NCBI RefSeq assembly: GCF_006345805.1
Contig: NC_043013.1
Coordinates: 34,410,001 to 34,474,000 of the forward strand
Length of the DNA: 64,000 bases
Source: Octopus sinensis
Taxonomy: Eukaryota
Direction of reading: 5' to 3'
Position numbers and translations under genes: made by a program. How positions within the stretch are numbered: position 1 is the stretch's first letter; each line of letters starts with the position of its first letter. Below are positions 55,118-64,000 of this stretch, piece after piece. Below the pieces are notes generated by a model. That model was not told where the DNA came from, searched no databases, and was given only the letters and a program-made list of their open reading frames with translations.

Positions 55118-55530
55118 AAGAAGAAGAAGAAGAAGAAGAAGAAGAAGAAGAAGATAAGAAGAAGAAAAAGTAGTAGAAGAAGTAGGAGAAAAAGGAGGAG
55201 GAGGAGAATAAAAGGAAAAGATGATGATGGTACTGCTGATGATGATGATGAGAGGAAGAAATAAGAAAAATGGAAGAAGGGGATGAAAAAGAAGAAGAAG
55301 AAAAGAAGAAGAAGAAGAAGAAGAAGAAGAAGAAGAAGAAGAAGAAGAAGAAGAAGAAGAAGAAAGAAGAAGAAAACAATAAGAAGGTAGAAAAAGAAAC
55401 AGAAGATGGTGAAGAGGTGGGGAGGAAGATGCTGATTATGCAAAACTAAAAATTGAACAACAAGAACAATAACAACAACAACAACAACAACAACAAAAAG
55501 AAAAAGAAAAAAACATAAAAATAACAAAAG
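55058..55530. repeat. Compound (AAT)n-(AAG)n-(AAC)n triplet tract
   Basis: Direct reading. Confidence 0.95.
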
Positions 55531-55765
55531 AAGTGAATGATTTGCAACTGAACTATTACCATGTCTATATCACCAATCTATCTGGATCTTGGATCCTGTT
55601 GTTATCGGATCACACAGCGAAAACGCCAAGAATGGATTGTCTGTTAGCAGATATGATGAGTAATGAAGAAATGTTGAGTTGAAAGGATTTTGCTAAGAAT
55701 TTATCAGTTGGAGCAGGTAGAGATGTGTGTAGAAATGTGTTCAAACAGAAACAGAGGTACTCTGT

Positions 55766-55806
<41 letters not shown>

Positions 55807-56123
55807 TGTGTGTATGTGTGTGTGTGTGTGTATGTGTGTGTGTGTGTGTATGTGTTGTGTGTGTGTGTATGTGTGGTGTGTGTGTGTGGTATGTGTGTGT
55901 GTGTGCATATGCATATGTTTGTGCATGTGTAATAGTAGCAGTAGTAGTAGTAGCAGCAGCAACAGGGCTAAGATGCAAATCAAAAATGTGTGGACCCAAC
56001 CATCTGTAATGTATAATTATGTATGTATATATGCATATATATATATATATACACACGTATACATGTACACATAGATACACATATTCATATATATGCATAT
56101 ATATATATGTGTGTGCGTATAGG

Positions 56124-56167
<44 letters not shown>

Positions 56168-56218
56168 TTTATATATGCAGATATATATGTATCTATACAT
56201 ATGTGTATATGTACACTC

Positions 56219-56252
<34 letters not shown>

Positions 56253-56257
56253 TCATG

Positions 56258-56306
<49 letters not shown>

Positions 56307-56537
56307 AAGTTGGGTGAGATAGAGAGTTGCAGAAACATATGCTGAATTTCCTGATATTAATAAAATATATTCAAGACCCTAGAAATTAGCATGAAGCTCA
56401 TTTTGATTCATAATGCTTTTAGCCCCTGTATATGGCATGTTTCCATGTGAGATTTGTTGAATAAATGTCTGCATGCATGTATGTATGTTTATCTGTGTTA
56501 TTGAGACCTTTCTCACATTTCTACTCTCTCTGTACAT

Positions 56538-56606
<69 letters not shown>

Positions 56607-56612
<6 letters not shown>

Positions 56613-56812
56613 ATCCAAACAAGAAAACACAAAAAAAACACAACAACGCGAGGACGTGGAACAGATATAGTATTATTGGACGCTCAGGAAGAAGGGAAGA
56701 AGGAGGGTTTGACGTTTCGAGCGGAGCTCTTTGTCGGAAACATAGGAGAAGGAAAGATCCAGAGAAGGGAAGACAGAGGGAAAAAATCGCCAACGGTACA
56801 CACGAGGTCACA
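56607..56812 (-). mobile_element. Short pLTR-like element, family P2, embedded in (TA)n
   Basis: Reverse complement of 27389-27598; core reads GTTT-CCGACAA-AGAGCTCCGCTC-GAAAC-GTC-AAAC (two core substitutions). Confidence 0.75.
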
Positions 56813-56869
56813 TATATATATATATATCGTTTTGAAATTGTTTGCCAGTAAATTCCAAACAGTAGTCTA

Positions 56870-57190
56870 TATACATGCCATCATCTCGAATCTGGTCTTT
56901 CTGACACAACAAGAAGGATCACTGCTCCTTGAATCTGACTGTTCCCATGCCTCAATCCTTCAGACATTTCTGACTTACTCTTCTCCTTTAATTTCATCAC
57001 TTATATTGGGCTTTCACCGACTACTACACCCAATCCTTCTTTTCCAGAACCTCACCCTGTGGAATTCCTTACCTGTTCATGTTCCATTTGCTGTCATTAA
57101 CTTGTGGATATATAAAAAAAAACATTAGCTCTGTCTGTCTCATCAGCCAGTGATAGCTGTGGAAGCTTTGAGTATGGCCCCTTCCTCTTA
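56870..57190 (+). mobile_element. Old CR1/L2-group LINE 3' end
   Basis: SFF.RTS.LWNSLPVHV...NL..YKK C-terminal ORF2 motif with frameshift. Confidence 0.55.
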
Positions 57191-58328
57191 ACCAAACAAA
57201 TTAAAATATAATTTTAAATATGTAGGTGTAAGCATGATTGTATTTGCAAGTAAATACTTGATTGAAAGTTTGGTTTCACTGAGGACAAATATCCATCAAA
57301 TGTAAATAATGTAAATAATGTATCATCATCATTTAATGTTTGTTGTCCATGCTGGCATAGGTTTGATCAGGGCTGGCAAAGGAAGATTTTGAGTGAAATT
57401 TGGTCTGCTAGTCTATCTAGAAGCACGGTGAATCTGAATAAGAAATAACTTGGACTGCAACAACTCATCTAACCCATGCAAGTATAGAAAGTAGACGTAA
57501 AAATGATGGTGATGGTGGCGATGATAATGAGGAAGATGGTGATGATGGTGGTGGTAATAATGGTTTTTCATCTAATAGTCTGCAAAAATTATAATCTCAA
57601 TAATGACAAGTCGTCTCAGACATTTAATTAGCAATTAAATGTCGATCATAATATGGAAGACATCTTGATTATCTAATATATTATTTTCATTAACTTGGTA
57701 TTTAACATGTTCGTGTTTCATTTATAGATATTTCCTTTTATAAAGATATATTAATGAAAGAATAGCTTAATCATTGTTGCTGATGTTTAACCCCAGGTTA
57801 GCCTTGATCCAACAGATTAAGGATTTTCTTACTGTGAGGATCCACTTTTTTTTACATTTAAAACTATATGAGTGCAATTTAAGGGAGATTTGGCTTCTGT
57901 TTCTAGCATGCTGAGTGACCACCTAAGAGCTAACTTGTTAGTGTATCAAATTACTGATTGCTGGTTTGCTACTTTTGAAATGTTGGTTCAAATAAATACC
58001 ATTACAAATTGATAATATGCTTTCTTACACACAACATAAGTGCCCCGGAATGGTTGCTTGATCTCCTAGCTATAGCAGTCAGATCTCCCTCAAACTGCAC
58101 CCAAATATCTTAAAAATGTAGCTCCTTATGTAATATGAATGGAAAAATAAATGTAGCATGATCATAACTAGACTAACCAAGAACTAAATACCTGGGGTTA
58201 AACACAATAACCAGAAAATATTGTAATCAATAACCACATCTCCCTTGAATGACAGCCTACAATCTAAAAATAAGAATTAATTATTCCTTGAGTGACATAA
58301 TTCTAGAGAATTCTTAGTGACTTCTATT

Positions 58329-59483
58329 GACAGAAAATGGAAGAAGCCCTTTAAGTAAACTGACAGAAAAGGGAAGAAGCCCTTTAGGCAAACAGACAGA
58401 AAATGGAAGAAGCCCCTTAGGCAAACAGACAGAAAATGGAAGAAGCCCTTTAGGCAAACAGACAGAAAATGGAAGAAGCCCTTTAGGCAAACAGACAGAA
58501 AACAGAAGAAGCCCTTTAGGCAAACAGACAGAAAAGGGAAGAAGCCCTTTAGGCAAACAGACAGAAAAGGGAAGAAGCCCTTTAGGCAAACAGACAGAAA
58601 ATGGAAGAAGCCCCTTAGACAAAGAGACAGAAAACAGAAGAAGCCCTTTAGGCAAACAGACAGAAAATGGAAGAAGCCCCTTAGACAAACAGACAGAAAA
58701 CAGAAGAAGCCCTTTAGGCAAACAGACAGAAAATGGAAGAAGCCCTTTAAGTAAACTGACAGAAAACGGAAGAAGCCCTTTAGGCAAACAGACAGAAAAG
58801 GGAAGAAGCCCTTTAAGTAAACTGACAGAAAATGGAAGAAGCCCTTTAGGCAAACAGACAGAAAATGGAAGAAGCCCTTTAGACAAACAGACAGAAAATG
58901 GAAGAAGCCCTTTAAGTAAACTGACAGAAAAGGGAAGAAGCCCTTTAAGTAAACTGACAGAAAATGGAAGAAGCCCTTTAGACAAACAGACAGAAAACAG
59001 AAGAAGCCCTTTAGGCAAACAGACAGAAAATGGAAGAAGCCCTTTAGGCAAACAGACAGGAAATGGAAGAAGCCCTTTAGGCAAACAGACAGAAAATGGA
59101 AGAAACCCCTTAGACAAACAGACAGAAAAGGGAAGAAGCCCTTTAGGCAAACAGACAGAAAACAAAAGAAGCCCTTTAGGCAAACAGACAGAAAACAGAA
59201 GAAGCCCCTTAGACAAACAGACAGAAAACAGAAGAAGCCCTTTAGGCAAACAGACAGAAAATGGAAGAAGCCCTTTAGGCAAACAGACAGAAAATGGAAG
59301 AAGCCCCTTAGACAAACAGACAGAAAACAGAAGAAGCCCTTTAGGCAAACAGACAGAAAATGGAAGAAGCCCATTAGACAAACAGACAGAAAATGGAAGA
59401 AGCCCTTCAGGCAAACGGACAGAAAATGGAAGAAGCACTTTGGACAAACAGATAGAAAATGGAAGAAGCCCTTTAGGCAAACA
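58329..59483. repeat. Minisatellite, 35 x 33 bp, no indels
   Basis: Unit GACAGAAAATGGAAGAAGCCCTTTAGGCAAACA; span 1155 = 35 x 33. Confidence 0.97.
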
Positions 59484-59649
59484 GACAGAGATATAGATAT
59501 AATTTAGTGTGTAACGCCTTTGCAAATGTCCAATCTTAGATTCATGTCCAGTCTTCTTAAGATAATAATAATAATGATGCTTTTTACTATAGGTACAAGT
59601 CTTGAAATTTTAGTGGCAGAGGGCAAGTTGAATACATTCACATTAGTAC

Positions 59650-59702
<53 letters not shown>

Positions 59703-60082
59703 TCTTTTATTTGTTTCCGTTATTTCACAGTGGCCATGCTGGAAGATCAACCCCAAGACTTATTCTTTGTAAGTTTAGTACTTATTCTAATGGTCACTTT
59801 TGCGGAACTGCAAAGTTACTGGGACACGAACATACCAATATCGGTTGTCAAGCGATCGTGGGTGGACAAACACAAACATATACATATATACATATATATA
59901 TATATATACATACATACACGATGGGATTCTTTCAGTTTCCATCTACCAAATCCACTCACAAGGCTTTGGTCGGCTCAAGGCTATAGTAGAAGGCACTTGC
60001 TCAAGGTGTCACACAGTGGGACTGAACCCAGAACCATGTGGTTGGTAAGCAAGCTACTTACCACACAGCCACTCCTGTGCCT
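59703..60082 (-). mobile_element. SINE family A
   Basis: Reverse complement of the 61307 copy. Confidence 0.9.
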
Positions 60083-60932
60083 ATAATAATCATGATGATG
60101 ATGATAAAATGTATGATAATAAACCATTTCCCTCAACAATAAAATAAAATAAGAAAAAGAAACACAGGTGAAATTTTAGGAAATTCATTGAGGATTGAAA
60201 CCGATTTGCTTTAATTAGGTACATTTATATAATTATTCCAGCATTTTTAAAAATATTTCATAAAATACTTACTTGCCTGATATCAAAATAACTAATTACA
60301 TTCAGTAATATGAATTTATGGTCAGTCAAGCAGAACTAAAAAACTAAGATTGTTAATTAAGAAATTTAGGAAAAAAAAAAAAAATGTGTGCGAACAAGAT
60401 ATGAATTAAATTTTTTTTTTTTTTTTACCATTTTTTTTAAAGATGGCCAGAAGGAAAATGGAAATAGAGAATGATATATTTGAATTTTGATTTAGTTATA
60501 GATAAGCCATTGTTCATAAATTTAGAAAGAGAAAAAAAAGCAAGTCGCTTCTCAAACTTCCCCCAAATATTTTCAACTTTAATTCCATTAGACTTACATT
60601 ATAGTTAGTGAAAAGACAAATCTAATAATGTTTTTATGTTTTTCTTTGTTTGTTTTTTTTAACAATCTTTTACTTTTATTTTTTTTTATTCACCCATTTA
60701 CAGTCATCCAATTTTTTTTTTAAATAACTATTTATTAGCATTTCTGTTCATTATTTACATTTTTATTAATATCATACACACATATATTATATACGCATAC
60801 ACACACACATATGTGTGCGTAATGTGTGTGTGTGTGTGTGACCACATACAGAATAAGTTGATCAATAAATATTTTCCTAACTATCACAAATATTAGAAAT
60901 ATTTAGCTGAAATGAGCAGCAAAATTAGTTAA

Positions 60933-61153
60933 CCCTTTCATTATCAACCCGGCTGAAACCGGCTCTGGTTCTGTAGTACAAACGTGTTGTTTTCATAAGT
61001 TTTGAATTAAAATCTTCTACTAAACCTTAGTCACAATTTATGTTCCTAACACTAGTTGAATGATAACTAAGTTATTTTACTAAATTCTTTGTTGTATTTA
61101 AAATAATTGAAAGAAACACAGAGCATCTCAAAATAAATACAGTAACAAAAGTG
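60933..61153. mobile_element. piggyBac-type MITE
   Basis: TTAA on both sides (60929-60932, 61154-61157); imperfect TIRs CCCTTTCATTA / GTAACAAAAGTG. Confidence 0.75.
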
Positions 61154-61306
61154 TTAAACCACAGCAACTTTTAGCATCTTTACAAGATATCAGCTATAAA
61201 GAAAACTAAATACACTTCCAGACTACTTCAAATACCATGCATCTTTGTAGCTGCAGTCACCCAATATATCATTTACAACTTTCATATTCTATTATATATT
61301 CAGTAT

Positions 61307-61710
61307 AGGTGCAGGAGTGGCTGTGTGGTAAGTATCTTGCTTACCAACCACATGGTTCCGGGTTCAGTCCCACTGCGTGGCATCTTGGGCAAGTGTCTTC
61401 TGCTATAGCCCCGGGCCGACCAATGCCTTGTGAGTGGATTTGGTAGACGGAAACTGAAAGAAGCTTGTCGTATATATGTATATATATATGTGTGTGTATG
61501 TTTGTGTGTCTGTGTTTGTCCCCCTAGCATTACTTGACAACCGATGCTGGTGTGTTTATGTCCCTGTCACTTAGCGGTTCGGCAAAAGAGACCGATAGAA
61601 TAAGTACTGGGCTTACAAAGAATAAGTCCCGGGGTCGATTTGCTCGACTAAAGGCGGTGCTCCAGCATGGCCGCAGTCAAATGACTGAAACAAGTAAAAG
61701 AGTAAAAGAG
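61307..61710 (+). mobile_element. SINE family A, full length (tRNA head, CORE-like CTTGGGCAAGT, internal TA/TG microsatellite, AGTAAAAG tail)
   Basis: Best-preserved of about 15 copies in the window. Confidence 0.92.
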
Positions 61711-61756
61711 TATCAGTTTTCCTCCTAAAGATCTAGTTGCTATTAGCTGGTAATAG

Positions 61757-62809
61757 ATTTCTTTATTGGCCACGCAGGGCTGAACACAGAAGGGAAAAAT
61801 TCAAAGTAGAGCTTTCTTTTCGTTTTGGGAAGAAGAGAAGGAATAAAATAAATAAAGGGGGTCGAATTTCAATGAAAAAGGATCATGAAAAGAAAAAACA
61901 CTGGGGCCAATCAATCGGGATCGTGTATCACAGAAATGTCAATGTAAAAATGGAAAACAGATTAGGTTTGTCCATGGATAGAAAAGCCTACGGAAAAGAC
62001 CATGGGAACCTTGGGCAATAGTGTCATGCAAAAGAAAACACATTACAGTAAGTGGCTCTCTTTTTTCCTTTTGTTTTTTTGGGGGTGTTCATAGGATAAT
62101 GCTCAAGCTGGCTCCATCATTCACACGTACCATCCTTGGTACATTCACCCATCTTCTTTTGATGCATGCACTTGACAAAACTTCCCTCTCTACTCTCAAC
62201 TTCCTCTTCAAGTGATACTTGAAGAAGTTGATGAGAGATTGACCAGAGAGAAAAGTGTTTGTCACTAGACCTTTCAGATGCATCCACCATACACGTTCTT
62301 TTGCCATAGCCACAAGTACGATGAAAATGGCTCTTCCTTCCCGTTTCAAGGAAGGAGGCACGACAATATTCACGATAGACTCTGTTGATAAACCAACTCA
62401 TCCCACCCACGATAACAGTCGTTCGACATAGGCCCACAGGTCAGAAATGGTTTGACACTGTATGAGTGCATGCAGGATGGTTTCATTGCTCTGACCGCAT
62501 CTCAGACAGGTCGGGCCTTGTGTTTCTCGAGCCATGCCTGAAGAGCTTATCCCGAACGGATAACGCTTCTCAATATCACTGCCAGGCCAGGGATCTCTGG
62601 AAGTTGTCCATAGGTCCTGGCCCAAAAGTCATCTTGAACAGGCAGGTCGGGTATTCCTCGTCGATGCCCAGGCTTGCCCGAGATCGTCATCGTACCTATC
62701 CTCCACTAATCCCCTATAGAATGCTTTCGCTGTGATAAAGTCGCTCATGGTCGACCCAGGACAGCATAGTTGCTTGGGAGCAATGCAACACTCACAGTGC
62801 CATTCGCGG
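61757..62809 (-). mobile_element. 5'-truncated Tx1/L1-clade LINE (ORF2 C-terminus plus 3' UTR) with 19-bp TSD
   Basis: CLRCGQSNETILHALIQC zinc knuckle (zf-RVT type), followed by frameshifted ...FLSGQSLINFFKYHLKRKLRVEREVL...; 3' end GCCCTGCGTGGCCAATAAAGAAATC; direct repeat TGCTATTAGCTGGTAATAA at 61738-61756 and 62810-62828. Confidence 0.9.
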
Positions 62810-63720
62810 TGCTATTAGCTGGTAATAATTACATTTGGGTTAACAGTAAATCCATTCAAATTAAGATATAGCCAACATGTGTATGCATCCAGAACTTCAG
62901 TCAGATGGACTGAAACAACTTTGTCTAACTACATTTGGTATTTGAAAAATAATTAAATTTATAAATCAAATAAAGACAGCAACAATAATTTTGTAAAAGT
63001 GTCCAGTCAAGAGAGAGATATCTTCACTCTTTATATTTCTGGCAATGGATGTATATATTTAACAAGAATTCAGCTATGACATATACAAAATTTCTTGTTG
63101 CAAAATATTTAGTAGCCAAATTAAATGAACTTTTTTCAGACCAAAATGTTAAAGTCATGGAGAGTTACTACCTTCATTTTACGCAATTCAATCAGATAGC
63201 CAGTTAGCAACAATATTCCATGGTCTTACATATCAATTGTGTATTTTGATATATTTTAATATAAACTGTATGATCTCGTTTTCATTTTTATTCTTTATAA
63301 CTGTTATATCGTGTATATCTGTTAGTGCGTGTGTATATTTATGTATATGCATATATATAATAGACTCCTCTTGATTTTCATGAATGAGTCTTCCAGCCAT
63401 ATGATCATCAGATCAATAGCACTACTTACCTATTGAATTATCACATAACATGCTGCATATTCCATTAGAAACAGGTATCCTTAACAAATCAACAATATTC
63501 TATGTAACATGTGTACTTATATATGTAAGCACACACACACACATATATATATATGTATACACTTACGTATGTATACAAAGCACCACCACATGAATTCAAG
63601 CATGGAAATTGTTAAAGTAGAAAGATAAAACAATATGAGAGTAAATAAAATAAAATGAGACATAAAATAGACAAATAATAAAAAGAAGTAGGAAGAGAAA
63701 ACTGAATTAGAAAAACTTAC

Positions 63721-64000
63721 CAAATTGGTTTGCCAAATTATTGATGTTCTTTGTGGCTTCACAGATGTCTCCTTCATATTCTATCTTCTTTTCAATGACA
63801 GCGACATTAAATCCAAAACGACTAAATTCCACAACAACCATGTAATCCATTGGCAGCTGGTAGGTTTTTCTTACTGATGAGAATTCTGCAAATGGCTTCA
63901 ATTGAAACTCTTCCAAAAATGTTTTGTTTTCCTTTGTAGCTGTTCCCAAATGAGGCCACTTTTTCAAAGCCTTTTGGATTTCATTTTCTTTCTCCACTTG
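63721..64000 (-). CDS. THTPA: Coding exon (5' part outside window) of a thiamine-triphosphatase-like CYTH-domain protein
   Basis: Open frame QVEKENEIQKALKKW...FQLKPFAEFSSVRKTYQL...YMVVVEFSRFGFNVAVIEKKIEYEGDICEATKNINNLANQF(G) is colinear with recalled human THTPA ~80-183 (LGLQEVASFVTKRSAWKL...[42 protein letters not shown]). It ends at a canonical donor TTG|GTAAGT (intron starts at 63720, phase 1). The next exon was not identified. Confidence 0.75.

Noticed and set aside
58329-59483. CRISPR-like regular array
   Set aside because: Contiguous tandem units with no unique spacers, no cas genes and a eukaryotic context.
63430-63480. Candidate next exon of the THTPA-like gene (GYLFLMEYAACYVIIQ*)
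   Set aside because: Weak AAG acceptor and no similarity to the expected K193-containing C-terminus; unresolved.

Overview
AT-rich, microsatellite-dense eukaryotic DNA, mostly intronic or intergenic. The SINE families resemble those I recall from Octopus genomes, so a coleoid cephalopod source is inferred, not verified. Nearly all listed ORFs are translations of simple repeats or SINEs. The one convincing cellular coding segment is a minus-strand exon at the right edge (63721-64000), resembling the C-terminal half of thiamine triphosphatase (THTPA, CYTH family) with two metal-ligand acidic residues replaced by Val. The rest is a mosaic of mobile elements: at least four SINE-type families with swappable heads and tails, two Tx1/L1-type LINE 3' ends (one with a 19-bp TSD), RTE and CR1/L2 fragments, a deleted D34D mariner, a non-autonomous Helitron, and hAT- and piggyBac-type MITEs. 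It also holds a Penelope GIY-YIG fragment and several short (TA)n-bounded Penelope pLTR-like elements with type I hammerhead ribozyme motifs, two with intact cores. Notable structures include long foldback palindromes (two centred on ribozyme motifs), a SINE tail shared with the Tx1-like LINE, and a 35 x 33-bp minisatellite whose unit matches a SINE core. All alignments were done by eye and family names come from memory.
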